In this document: positions 1 through 11,949 of the stretch, one piece after another | How positions within the stretch are numbered: the first letter of the stretch is position 1 | Layout of the letters: every line of letters starts with the position of its first letter | Translations under genes and position numbers: made by a program | Origin: Gracilinanus agilis | Lineage: Eukaryota | NCBI RefSeq assembly: GCF_016433145.1 | Contig: NC_058132.1 | Coordinates: 276,298,939-276,362,938 of the forward strand | Reading direction: 5' to 3' | DNA length: 64,000 bases | The notes under the pieces: model-generated | Database searches by the model: none | Seen by the model: the letters and a program-made list of their open reading frames with translations, nothing else | What the model was told of the DNA's origin: nothing

Positions 1-656
1 TGGTCCCCCAGCTCACCCTAGGCCAGGGTCTATGGAACCAGCAGGCAAAGGTAAAGTTTATGCAGTTTATTTGAGGGAAGCTAGATAAAGGATGGGTTAG
101 AGGATTTCTACACTTGAAACCTAAGGGCAAAACACAGGGGGCAGGGAAGGACTTAACTACTCTATCCTAATTGGCCTAAGCCAGGCAGGGCCCAAAGGAG
201 CAGTACTAGAGTCACAGGGAAGGCTCCTTTAAACCTGGTTTCAGCCAGGTTTGGTCAGCACAGCAAAAGGGCAATTGGGGTCTCACGGTAATACAAGGAT
301 GGACTCTGGATGCCAAGAGCCAACTCTGCCAGGTGATCCAAGGTACCCAGGCAGGGAGAGTGAGTTTGAAATGCTGTCCACCAGATCCCAAACCACTTCC
401 CCACTTGGTGCAGCTCTGCAGGTCTTGTCCACTTGCTGAAAGCCTTCACCTCTCAGGATATCCCAGGGAATCTGGATGCAGTTTTTCCCTAACTCTGAGA
501 TCTCCCAGGGTTAGCAACAGTTATGTCCAACCACTAATGGAATCTCTCTCAGAGCACAAGCCCACTTCCTGCTCCTTCATTCCATCTTGGAATCCTCCAG
601 CCCTTCCTGCTAGGTCCAACACTAATACTTAATTAATTGCTAAATAAACCCTCACA
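1..656 (-). mobile_element. LTR-like fragment (runs off the window start)
   Basis: Ends in ...CCCTCACA (TG start on the minus strand) and has LTR-like composition; abuts a second LTR-like segment. Family not identified. Confidence 0.45.
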
Positions 657-1233
657 ACAGTAAACAGTAAGAGGAAAGGAGATTCTGATCTTCAGGGCTG
701 GTTTACCCTGTCTCTTCAGGCTGGTGCCCCTAAAGACAGGTGATATAGTTCAAGCAGCCCCCCTTTAATCCTTTTGTTTGATGGCATGATCCACAGGAAT
801 CCAGGTAGAGAACACAGTTGGGAAAATCCTAGGAATAGAGGTCGTTTCTATCCTGAGAGGCAGAGAGAGCTCTCTCTAGTCCTGAGTCCAGGAAAGAGTA
901 TTCTCAGAGAGCAACTGTCACTCTCTCAAGTCTCTCCCCTCCCTCTTCCAACTGCCTTCATTGTCAATCAATCTTCTTTCCAACATTCCAAACCCTTACT
1001 GTGCAATTTTTCCACAGTATTGTCCCTTTTCATGCAATGAGCTAACCAGCTCAGTGACGTGAACTATTATACTTACCCTTAATTATCCTATGCTATTTGC
1101 TAATCTAAACCCCCCCAAATAATAATAATAAAAAAAAAACTTATCTACACTATGTTATCCTAGATTCCTAACTATCTACCCTAAGCTAAGACATTTTCTA
1201 GGAAAGGTTTGGGTTAGGAATTTGGGGTTTACA
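657..1233 (-). mobile_element. LTR-like segment
   Basis: Minus strand begins TGTAAACCCCAAATTCC at 1233. No PPT next to it, so it may be an insertion rather than the cognate 3' LTR of the neighbouring ERV. Confidence 0.45.
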
Positions 1234-2403
1234 AAATGAATACAGACAATAAGAACCATTATTGCAATGCAATAACACAACGAAAATCAACAGTCACTCC
1301 TATTTCTATCTTCTAGCTATGCAATCTTATACTAATACAACAATTTCCTATTTTATCACTATGCCAAACCAATTCAACTATAACTCTTCCAATAATACAA
1401 TTTCCAGTTAATGCTGTTACATATAATTTCTTTAAAGATAACTATTCTGTTTTCTAGTTTCAAATCCTATGCTTATCTTGTGTGCTAATCTAAACTAAAT
1501 ACATAGGAATTCCTAAACTATTTGCTGTTACTCTAAGTTATTCTAACTTCCCTATCTATTCTGTACATTCTTTGGCTTATATACTATGTACAAGGTATGA
1601 TACAGTATTCACAATCCTATAACTACCATATGCAAACCTATGTTACAAGTATTTATATATGTACAGTTTTTACATCAATTATATACAATGTATAACAATT
1701 ATGTTATTTCTTATACCCTGGTGTTAATCAAGCAGAAAATGTTTGTTTAAGACCTTATGCATTCTAACTACTTACACATTTTGCATTTCTTTGCAATCAT
1801 GGACTCTCCTTTATCTACACAAGGTCAACAAATAGTTTTGAATTGTGTATGTGTCTTTTTTTATGTACTGTTTGCATGAATACTTACACCTTCCTTCTTG
1901 ACTCCTCTTTCTTGTTGACTGATGGCTCTCTTCATTTCTTCCAAGCTATATGTATGTTGCATGTTTTCCCTAATATGTAAAGTTAATTTTTGTTTTTATG
2001 TTATTGCCACACTATCTTACGTAATTGTCCAGTTTATCACCTATCCACTTCTTATATATACAAATTTACAAAGTTTAGAGAGATTTTACTGTCTCTGTTA
2101 TCAGTTCAAAGTTTTTCTTCTGTCTTGTCTTGCTGCTTTTGTTTTTTTCTTGTCTTTTCCTCTGGGCTGGTTTTTCTTACTTTCTTGAGTTGTTTCATCC
2201 CCTTTGTGCATATTTTTATTTGTCATCTAGACTTGACTGTAGTCTGTACTTGACTGATGATCTTTTCTTTTTTGAAGTTCTTTCTGGCAGTATGACTTAT
2301 TAGGACTTGTTTCTACTGTTTCTAAATGCTGTGCATTCTCAGCCCTCTGTTTATCACTTTCAGTTTCACTTTGATTTTCATTTGTGGTGTAAGGCTTGTA
2401 AAG

Positions 2404-2496
2404 TTTTGTGTGAGAACAATGGATCCATTAATTCTTCTCTGCTACCTTGATTGCTATTGGAGTAGTTAATAAAACTTGAAATGGACCAACCCACTT
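2404..2496 (-). pseudogene. Integrase C-terminal (GPY/F) remnant
   Basis: Manual translation [30 protein letters not shown] fits the retroviral GPY/F module (W.GP[YF].VLLTTPTA.KV...WIH.SH.K). Confidence 0.8.
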
Positions 2497-2779
2497 TGTA
2501 GCTGACTTTTGCTAAAATGTATCTCTTTTTTTTTTTCTTCCACTTTGATTTGTACCATGTGTGAGCTTCCTGAAATTTTGACATTGGACCTTTTACAGAT
2601 GATAGATTTTAAGTTCTTAACAAATAACAACTTCTAAGAATCTTTGTAATATGTGGATATTTGTATCAATATCCACATGCAATTCTGTTGTTTCAGGAGG
2701 TATGCCAATCTCTCGTAGTGGGTTTATTAATTTAATCTTATTTATTAAGCCCATTCATCTTCTGTATTTGTATTCATGT

Positions 2780-3886
2780 CTTAACATTTGGCAGATAAGG
2801 AACCTTTAGCTTCCTGGTATATACCCTGCTGAGTAGTTACATAGTTTGATACCGGGTATGAGTACATCTGAAGAGCTTGCTTGGCTTGCTTCATGTGAAT
2901 TTGAGATATATTCCTATATTGGGGACTATACATTCCATTCTGGTCTGGTGTCAGTATTGGTATTGAAGGAGTTGAAGGAGTCCAGGAACCTGGAGAATTT
3001 ATGAATCTGTTTGATTTGTTTATATATAACAGAGCTTCTGAAGGATTGAACTCTGCAGCAATTTTCCCAAGATCCCAGTTTTTCTCTTCTTTTGCTATCC
3101 GAGAATTGTTGATTGCTCAGTTCTTGATTTGATACTTACTCTGCAATTCCTTGGCTTTTTGCATTGGAACTGCTTGATCATGAATATTTAAGGATGTTGG
3201 GATAATGTCTTTGTTGAGTTTATCTGTGCTATTGGTTTAAATTCTTCCACATTAGGATTTAATTTAGATTCCTGTAATATATCAGTGACATTTCCCTTTT
3301 TTGTATCATCAGTTTTGATTGTCTCTTCAGGAGGTCTGCTCATGTGAATCTCTGGAGATATTGTTTGTTTCAACCCATTGGTCTTTTCTACTATTGCTTT
3401 TGATGTTTACCCTCAAATTCAGTGAAACATATTGTTTTACATCATTAGAACTCCCTGCTATTTGTGATTCTATTATATTTATTTGTTGCTTTAGTTCTCT
3501 ATCTTTAGTTTGTGAATTGTAGTTTCTTTCCTCTAATAAGATGTTTTTGGTTTGTGTTGAGAATGCTTTTAAGTTATTATCACTAGAAACTGTTTCTTTG
3601 TCTTCATGGTTTGCTAAATCATTTTTTACTAGCAAGTTTATTGCATATGTACCCTTTATTGTTACAATATCTCCTTTCCCTTCCCTACTTGTGTCTTTAT
3701 CCATTGTTCCATAAACTTTATTCCACATTTCCTTAACATCTTTCGTTAATTGCATTTTGTCATTTCCTGTTCCTTAGTTTTGTGTTTTCTTTTTGTACCC
3801 ACTAATTCTATGTCACTGTATTTTTCTGCCAAGTAATTTTCCCCATTCCTTTTCCCATGTTTGCTTTCTATTGTTACTCCTTGCAT
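2780..3886 (-). pseudogene. Decayed orphan ORF ('ORF-X') with two PAM2-like motifs, in the position of pro/RT
   Basis: Successive long frames (from ATG 3886; track ORFs 3755-3327 and 3373-3188; then about 135 codons with a single TGA) joined by frameshifts. No DTG, YxDD or DDE motif found. SKLNPNVEEFKP at 3268-3233 and WDLGKIAAEFNP at 3077-3042. Confidence 0.45.
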
Positions 3887-3952
3887 CTGGCTTCATAATT
3901 GGCATTGTTTGGCAGCACCTGAGACTACCTGCAAATAATGTGGTTTCTCCCC

Positions 3953-4900
3953 CTATTGGATGAATTTCTCCATAGTTTCTAAATTTGAGGCTTGCAATGA
4001 ATTCTTGCAATTACAATTGCAACAGTGTGCATTTGTTTGTGTGTTGTTGTTGCTATACTTTGGGTTGCTTTTCCAAGGCCCCTTTTTGTTGTTTGCTTGG
4101 TCTAATTGTGCCTTTAAATTGCAGTCACGAACTATGTGTCCTAATTTGTTATATAGGAAACATCTTGGTACATTTCTCCTTTGATTGTTTTGTGTGTAAT
4201 TTCTTGTGGGTTTGTATGACTGCAGAGCAGCTAGATTTTTTACTTCCTCAATTTCTTTTTGTTTAATTGTGCTATTTGCCTCCTTGAGCTTGGTTTTAAG
4301 TTCTTATTATTATTATTATTTCATCTTTTTCATTTAAGATTTATTTATGACCTGTGAATATGTAAGTTGCAGTTTTTCTTAAATCTTCCAGACCTAGTGT
4401 TTCCCAGTCTGGGCAATGAAGCTTAAAATATGACCTAATAGGTGTGTTACATAAATTGTCTCCTTATATGTTGGAGATTTTGTTCATTTAAAATGTCAAA
4501 GCCAAGCACGTCCTCTGCTACTTCCATCACTCTATCTAGGAACTTTGATGGACGTTCCCCACTCTCCTGCCTCAACTTCTCAAATTGTCCCCAAATATCT
4601 GCTCTTTTTGAAAAACTTTTAATTGCCTCTAATAAATCCTCTCTGGCCTTTCGTAGATAATGTAAATTCACATTATTAGATAGCTCTAAGTCTGTTCCTT
4701 CCTGTGATCATGATGTTAAATTTGGGTTGTTTCTAGTTTCTTCAATGAATTGTTGCTTTTCCCTTTTTGAAAATAATTCTGAAAGAAGAATTTCAGTGTC
4801 CTGGAAATTTGGACCATGAAGCCTAATTGATCTTTTGAATTCTTTCTTTAATTCTGTGTACTTTTCCCTACAAAAAAACAGTGGCCCTCCCAGTTGGCTT
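3953..4900 (-). pseudogene. ERV gag remnant (capsid C-terminal part plus nucleocapsid)
   Basis: ORF 4671-4447 contains an MHR-like motif. Downstream frame reads CFLYNKLGHIVRDC (4162-4121; CCHC with second Cys changed to Tyr) and ends at TAG 3955-3953. Confidence 0.75.
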
Positions 4901-5379
4901 TAATCCAGAATTATAGATTTGTCATCTGTGAGTTTATGTCAACTTTATTTGAAGTTATTTATATTTTTAAAATCCATACTGGCTCTGGAGCTGGAGTTCC
5001 ATAAGTTTATAGCCTACTGGGCAAAGGCAGTACTTCCTTTAAGCTTCCATTTTCCTATAATAGCATAACTATATCCCTGAGAGCAACCTAGAGGAAGATT
5101 TCACATACAAGATTTAACTATACTTCTTATGGAATACACTTTTCCATTTGGGATTCCCGCCTACCCATTCTTATGGATTTCCTCTTTTCTTTCTAAAAAT
5201 TTTCCCCAATGACTTTTGCCTGTAAAAATACTTAACAAATCTTTATTGTTGATGTGGTGAAAAGGAGAGAGCATAGAAGCTAAATTTTTTCTTTGTCTTC
5301 ATATTTAGTCAGGCTATTTCTACTTTCTCCAATTGTCTTTTGATGCATATGGATTAAGGTCAGGAGATCAGATAAATGC

Positions 5380-5520
5380 TCAGAATGTGCTAGGTAGACA
5401 GAATTTCCTAAATTAAATTAAAAGACTAGATGAGAATGAATCTCTGGAGTTGGATGTCATTCTCCTAAGAGTTTTAAAGGAATAGAATGATGAGAATATA
5501 GAAACACTGGCTAAAATGAG
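5380..5520 (+). mobile_element. CR1/L3 LINE fragment
   Basis: Translates as NESLELDVILLRVLKE*NDENIETLA, resembling CR1 ORF2 NKSPGPDGIHPRVLKELADEIAEPLA. Confidence 0.45.
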
Positions 5521-5942
5521 TAAATTATTTAAAACAGCTATTTTGCTAGGATTAAAAAATTGCCTGTGAAATACTGAGCTATAAGAAATGTTTTAGGGAA
5601 ATTCCAGACATTTTACTTAATTTCTATGAGCCTCACTTCCTATGTATGTCCCAGGACTGTTCTGAAGTTCAAATGAGATAAAATATGGAAATCACTTTCC
5701 AAATACTAAAAATTGTGACCCAACAGACTTCAATGTCAAGAAGAGCCACTCGATATCTAAAAACTGCAGCCCATAGAAGAGTTTTCTGATGGTTTCACCA
5801 GTCCAGCCTATAAGGAGCCAGTCCCAAAGAGTGACCTACTTGACATAGCACAGAAATTGATCAAACCTGACAGCTGAGATATCTTCAGAAAGAGGGATTT
5901 ATTTGCCTATTGGCTATTCCATCCCCAGAAGTGAATAGTGTG

Positions 5943-5944
<2 letters not shown>

Positions 5945-5992
<48 letters not shown>
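5945..5992 (+). repeat. (GT)24 microsatellite
   Basis: Perfect dinucleotide run, 48 bp. Confidence 0.98.
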
Positions 5993-5995
<3 letters not shown>

Positions 5996-6254
5996 GGGAG
6001 AATATTGATAGTTACTTTTTTAAGTTTTAATCTACACTTTCAGGGACTGAGCTGGTGGAGAAAAGCAGATTCCCAGTTTGGGAAGTTTTCTCCTTTAGTT
6101 CCTACTTTATCTTCACAGCAAATAGTCCTTTGTAGAAACTAATTGATGTTAATTCATCATTTGCTACTGAGATGGAATCAGTTGGTCAATTGATTATATG
6201 CTATTAGAGAGATATTAACTAGAGATGACAATAGACAACATGTCTTTTCACAGC

Positions 6255-6415
6255 AACTCAGTAGGCTGGTGCTATTACTATCCCTATTTTACAGATGATG
6301 AAAATGGAGGCTTAAATGATGTGCCAGGCTCATATAGCTATTAAGTGTCTGAGGCAGTGTTTGAACTCAGGTCTTCTTAATGCCAAGTCTAACATTCTAT
6401 CCACTGTACCACCTT
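6255..6415 (-). mobile_element. MIR/CORE-type SINE
   Basis: CORE motif ttttacagatga and tRNA-derived head in reverse. Confidence 0.7.
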
Positions 6416-6514
6416 GCAGCCACATATTGGGAGGAATATACTAGATGGGGGCTCATGAGAAAAGTATTTTAGAGAAAAATACTTCAGCACCTCAGTGATT
6501 ACTCCTAGAAAGAA

Positions 6515-6800
6515 AGAATACTATCCACATCCAGAGAAAAAACTGTGGGAATAGAAACACAGAAGAAAAACATATGATTGATCATATGGTTCAATGGGTA
6601 CATGATTGGAGATTTTAGCTTTAAATGATCACTATATTGCTAATATTAATAATATGGAAGTAGGTTTTGAACAATGATACATGTATAACCCAGTGGAATT
6701 GTTTGTCAGCTCCTGGAGGGGGGAAGGAAGAGGGGAGGGAAAGAACATGAATTATGTAACCTTGGGAAAATATTCTAAATAAATAAATTTTTTTTAAAAA
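6515..6800 (+). mobile_element. L1 3' UTR end
   Basis: Marsupial L1 3' UTR (atccacatccagagaaa...gggaaagaacatgaa...gtaacc) ending in AATAAA and an A-rich tail. Confidence 0.85.
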
Positions 6801-7305
6801 AGCATTACTCCTAGAACTGTGAGGGGGGAAATAGCTTTAATCTTGGGACCACAACTGTTATTCAGAGTTTGGATTGTAAGAGTAGCCTCATAGATGACCT
6901 GTGCTCCACAAATATACTGGTTTATGTTTTTTTTGCCAACATTGGCAGTTTAACAAAGTAAAACACTGACAGTTCTGAAAAGTTTTGTATATAAGGGGGT
7001 ATCATGTACACCTAACTTTTTCTCTTATGATTAAAATTCTCTAGAGACTATATATTAATTTGTAATTATTTATTAGATAGTGAAAGTTATCTAACTGGAT
7101 CTGTCGGAGAGAGTAAAGGCACATATTCACATTGGTCTAGCTAATCTGAGTTTCCCATTCACCTTGTGTCTGTTCAAAAGTAAAGAGACTACCTACAAAT
7201 TGCCTTAGCAGGCAAGTCCAGAGAGCCAGAGACACTGCTTCCTCAATCCCTGACTTATAACCCCAATTACTTTATCCCTTTTGGTTCTCCCTGATTAGAC
7301 AGACT

Positions 7306-7330
7306 TGACCTCAGTCTGGGTCAGAGGTCA
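7306..7330 (+). promoter_or_regulatory. Candidate composite nuclear-receptor element (ER6 plus DR1)
   Basis: TGACCT-cagtct-GGGTCA-g-AGGTCA. Motif match only. Confidence 0.35.
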
Positions 7331-7503
7331 GTCTTCTGGATGCCAGGAGTCACATGGGACAAGAGACAAGGGTCTTCCAGGATACCAGGGAGCCATGAGA
7401 CCTCTGACATCCTCCCAGAGTATTCATGTGTGCCTAGTCAAGGGGTAGGGCTGAGTTCAAAATGGATTTTTCAAAACTTTCCGCCTTAAAAGGAAAGAGG
7501 AGA

Positions 7504-7706
7504 GGGGGCAGCTGGGTAGCTCAGTGGATTGAAAGCCAGGCCTAGAGACAGGAGGTCCTAGGTTCAAATCTGACCTGAGACACTTCCCAGCTGTGTGACC
7601 CTGGGCAAGTCACTTGACTCCCATTGCCTACCCTTACCACCCTTCTGCCTTGGAGCCAAAGACGGAAGGTAAGGGTTTAAATAAAAAAAATTTTTTTTAA
7701 TTTAAA
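7504..7706 (+). mobile_element. SINE1_Mdo-type SINE
   Basis: GGGGCAGCTGGGTAGCTCAGTGG head, aaggtaagggtttaaa tail, TSD AAAAGGAAAGAGG; about 20-bp internal deletion between ccaa repeats. Confidence 0.92.
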
Positions 7707-7902
7707 AAAAGGAAAGAGGGGTATCATTTATATTAAATTCACACACTGTGGAAACTATATCTTTGAGAATCTAGTGCAAAACACAGAAACTTTCAATTTA
7801 TCTGTTCTGAAGTGAGGACAAGATTACAATGGAACAAGTTTCAGGCTGAAGGCTGAGTAGTAAATCTGGAAACGAATGGAGGTGAAGTGGTGGTTGATAT
7901 TT

Positions 7903-8088
7903 TTTTTTTTTTAACCCTTAACTTCTGTGTATTGACTTATAGGTGGAAGAGTGGTAAGGGTAGGCAATGGGGGTCAAGTGACTTGCCCAGGGTCACACAG
8001 CTGGGAAGTATCTGAGGCCGGATTTGAACCTAGGACCTTCTGTCTCTAGGCCTGGCTCTCAATCCACTGAGCTACCCAGCTGCCCCCC
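7903..8088 (-). mobile_element. SINE1_Mdo-type SINE
   Basis: Full length; 16-bp TSD GTGGTGGTTGATATTT at 7887-7902 and 8089-8104. Confidence 0.95.
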
Positions 8089-8159
8089 GTGGTGGTTGAT
8101 ATTTGGATCTGATATCCCATCCTCTTGTTTGCTCTTCCAGGAAATAATTATTTACAGGA

Positions 8160-9740
8160 CATTTCCTAAGTCCTTAGTTGAGGTGTCAATATGAGCACCT
8201 TTAGCATGAACGGGGAGCTCTTGGAGAGCAGCCTCAATTTTTCCAATGAAATCTAAAGCAAGATTTTCAGCTGAGAGGGGAAAGGAGAGGGAGCCATCGA
8301 TGGCTTGAGGACAGATGAAAATTTTGGAAAAATTGCCATGTTGAGTGGCAAAGTAAATAAATTAGAGAGGTATGAAAGGATTGCCTTACCACAGTGAGGG
8401 CCAAATTGAGTTCCTTAATTATAAATTTGTAGAGGACTCATTCAGCATGGTTTTGTGATTTTCTCTTGCATCATTCAGTGAGTAGAAATGAAGGGAGAGA
8501 GGAGGAGAAATGGAACAAACATTTTATTAAGTACGTACTATATGCCAGGCACTGTGCCAAGTGCTTAACAAATACTTTCTTCCTGGAAGCTGACAATAAC
8601 CCTGAGAGGTAGGTACTATTATTTTTTATTTATATTTATTTTTGCTATTTTAAATTTGGAGACACTGAGGCAGATGGCAGTTAAATGACTTGCCCAGTGT
8701 CATACTGCTATGAAGTATCTGAGCTTAAATTTGAATTCAGGTCTTTCTGACTCCAGGCCCTGCATTCTATTCACTATACTACCCAGATGCCTCTTAAGGC
8801 ATTCATTGGAATTATAAATTCCTTGAGGATAGGCATTGTCTTTTGCTTCTTTTTTGTAACCTCATTGCTTAGCATGATGTCTGGCACATAGCAGGCACTT
8901 AATAAATGTTGACTGAATTTAATTGCCTGCTGGCAACCTTCAAGACTCAGCTCCTGCCACCCTTTTTTGATGCTCCCAGTTCTTAGCCACTTCTCTGCTA
9001 AGGCTACCTTGTATTTGATTTGTATGGGTCTTGTATATAACTACATATGTACTTATTGTCTTCTCCATTAGAATGCCAGGCCCTTGATGGTAGACTTATT
9101 TTATCGTGGAATCCTCAGCCCTTAGCACAGTGCCTAGCCCATAGCAGGTGCTTAATCAGTGCATATTGATAGATGGATGAACTTCTCTAAATTTAGTCAA
9201 TTAAATTGGCCCTTAGACAACAAATATGTCACAGGTTCACAGATAAAGAGTTAGAAGGGACCTTAGAGGTTATCTAGCCCAACTTCTTCATTCTGCAAAT
9301 AAGGAAACTGAGGCTTGAAGAAGTGATTTGCCCAAGAACAAAAAAGGAGTTAATGACAGAGGTGGAATATGAACCAACATTCTCCAAATCCATGCCCTTA
9401 TCACTGCAACCACTGGACTTGTGTTTTATTCCATACATGGCTCTAAGTAAAAGCAAACTTTAAATGAACAAAAGCCCAGGAAAGAAAGATCTCTGTATGC
9501 TAATTGTATAGCTAAATGTTATTTTCAGGCATGCCTGATTCATCATGATCCCATTTGGGGTTCTCTAAGTAAAGTTATTAGAATGGTTTGCATTTTCCTA
9601 CTCCAGTTTGTTTTACTGAGAAACCGAGAAAAAAAAGGATGCAATGACTTGCCCAGGGTCACCTAGCTAGTAAGTGTTTGAGACCACAGAGATGAATTTT
9701 CCTGATTGCAGGCCCAGTACTCTATCTACTTTACCACCTA
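8160..9740. mobile_element. Cluster of old L2 3' ends, MIR/CORE SINEs and a MAR1-like SINE
   Basis: L2 tail motifs (cacatagcaggcacttaataaatg; atttattaag) and CORE motifs. Boundaries approximate. Confidence 0.65.
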
Positions 9741-10365
9741 GTTACCCATATGGCTAAATACCTAGTCCTTTTTTTTTTAAGTCAGTACTCTTGACTATGA
9801 ATCAAATTTTTTCTTCTATTTAGTTTGCAATTCTTACTTGAGAGAGAAACACACAACCAACAGAAGATCATGAACTTGTGATTATAAACAAATGGCATAA
9901 ATACTTTAGAATAGTAAAAGCATAAAGTAAAAGCAACTCTCTCAGTATTTAGCTTCCCAAAATAAATCATTATTTCATGCAATAGTTGTAGCAATATGAC
10001 CTAAAGATTTGAGGTTTTTGAAAATGTCATCAAGATTAAAGTAAAAACAAGATTATAAAAATCATATAATAGAGAATTTATATCAAACAGATTACATTAA
10101 GGAAATTAAGTTTGAAACTTTAAATACGATGAACCTATACTATGAATGACTAAAATGCCCACTCACCAGGAGACTGAAAGATTATATGTCATGTGTCATA
10201 AACAATTATGCATTAACTTAAGGCAGTCCTTTTTAAAGTTCTGAGTAATCTGAAAGCCAAGACACAGTCAGTTTTTCAACTGGAATTAAAAATTTGGGTT
10301 CTGAATGACATCTAGCAGGCCTCTGAGGTCCCAAGTGGCTCTTCCTCACTGAACTCTACCTTCTG

Positions 10366-10561
10366 CAGAAAGGTTCTTAATGCTTTTGTGTCATGGAACC
10401 TATTGGCAATCTGATGAAGCCTATGGATTCCTTTCAGAATAATGTATTTAAATGAATAAAATTATACAGAACTAAAAAGGAAGCTGCTTATATTGAAACG
10501 TAGTTATCAAAATAGTTTTTAAAATAAGTTCACAGGTCCCACCTAATTTGAGAATCCTTGT
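10366..10561. mobile_element. Ancient hAT-Charlie (MER-type) non-autonomous fragment
   Basis: Degenerate ggttcttaa...gagaatcc ends; internal gtgtcatgga...gaagcctatgga motif shared in reverse with the element at 38194-38815. Confidence 0.55.
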
Positions 10562-10630
10562 ACCAAAACAATGGAAGAGATGTGAAATAAGATTTTAAAT
10601 TTCTTTAGAGTAAGGATTGTTTTATTTCTT

Positions 10631-10829
10631 TTTTTTAAACTCTTACCTTCCGTCTTGGAGTCAATACTGTGTATTGGCTCTAAGGCAAAAGAGTGGTAAG
10701 GGTAGGCAATGGGGGTCAAGTGACTTGCCCAGGGTCACACAGCTGGGAAGTGTCTGAGGCCAGATTTGAACCTAAGACCTCCCGTCTCTAGGCCTGATTC
10801 TCAATCCACTGAGCTACCCAGCTGCCCCC
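10631..10829 (-). mobile_element. SINE1_Mdo-type SINE
   Basis: Full length; 13-bp TSD TGTTTTATTTCTT. Confidence 0.95.
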
Positions 10830-11369
10830 TGTTTTATTTCTTAACTTTGTACCCCCAGTACCTATTATAGTTCCTAGCTTATAGTATGTTTATTAAATGC
10901 TTATTAATTGCTTTATTAAGAATATATATAGTATTTAAGTTTTGATCATCTTACTTTCTAACCCATATCTACATTGAGATTTAATAGAATAAAATAAATT
11001 ATTTCATCTTATTTCAATAAGTAGCATTGAATAATGAACTTACAAAATGGCAATTATCAAAGCAGAAATTTATATGGAATTCTTGGAGTATATCAATGAA
11101 TATTATTCAGTATTCAGATTTATTAGCCATTAACTGTGGGTGTCTCTAAGATCTATCCAGAACTCTCTTCTACTTCTATACTATCTTGCTTAGTGAGAGC
11201 AGAGCTATCTATAGATATATGTATGGCTAGGTGCCATGGGTTCAATTATCATCTTTATTCAGATGATCCTTATTGAGCCCTAACTTCTCTGATGACCTCC
11301 AGTCTCATCTTGCCAATAACTTCTTGGACACCTTGAACTGTATGTCCTGTTGTTCATACTATGTTTTTC

Positions 11370-11930
11370 AAGAGGACCAATAATAAATAAAGTGTGGGGA
11401 AAAAAGAGGACTGATGACACCAGAGGGTGATGTCTTAACTTGCCAGTGATTTAGGTTTTATTAAATCTAATCAGTGAAAAAACTTAACAGTGATTTAGGT
11501 TTTATTAAAGTAGTGCAAAGTCATCAGCTTCATTCTTTCTTCCAGAGTCACTGAAGTCATGTGGGAAGACCAAGGTTAAGAGGGTTGTAGTTAACCTGGG
11601 ATATAATGGATGACCTTGGCATCTTTGATGTCTGACCAAGCTTTGCTTCAGCTATTTTCATGGAACAAATTATTCTCATCCATCTCTTCTGTTGGGGAAG
11701 TCTTCACATGCTTGGGAGTAGACAGCCCCCTAAGTGGCTGATGGCATTGAGACCTGTCAGTTGCCTTCAACCTGGTTTAGCCCATCTGCCAAATTTGGGT
11801 ATATGGGGTATGCAGGGAAGACTTAGCACCTCTGGTGGGAGGGCTTGCTAAGCGCTTTCTAGGACTGCTCAGTATTTACCTTTCACCCAATTTTCACCTG
11901 TGGCTCCAAGAAGCTGTAGCATTCACAGCA
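11370..11930. mobile_element. RTE-related marsupial repeat fragment
   Basis: Recognised by resemblance to marsupial RTE 5' regions (gaagctgtagc, ggaagtcttcacatgcttggg). Not verified. Confidence 0.4.
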
Positions 11931-11949
11931 GTTATACTCTAATAAAATG

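Larger units (their letters stand above)
1234..4920 (-). mobile_element. Defective ERV internal region (gag remnant, orphan ORF, integrase C-terminus), 5'-truncated
   Basis: Capsid MHR-like QESGERPSKFLDRV, degenerate zinc knuckle and GPY/F integrase tail, all on the minus strand and in retroviral order. Confidence 0.75.

Noticed and set aside
5945-6142. ORF MCVCVCV...
   Set aside because: Translation of the (GT)24 microsatellite; no coding evidence.
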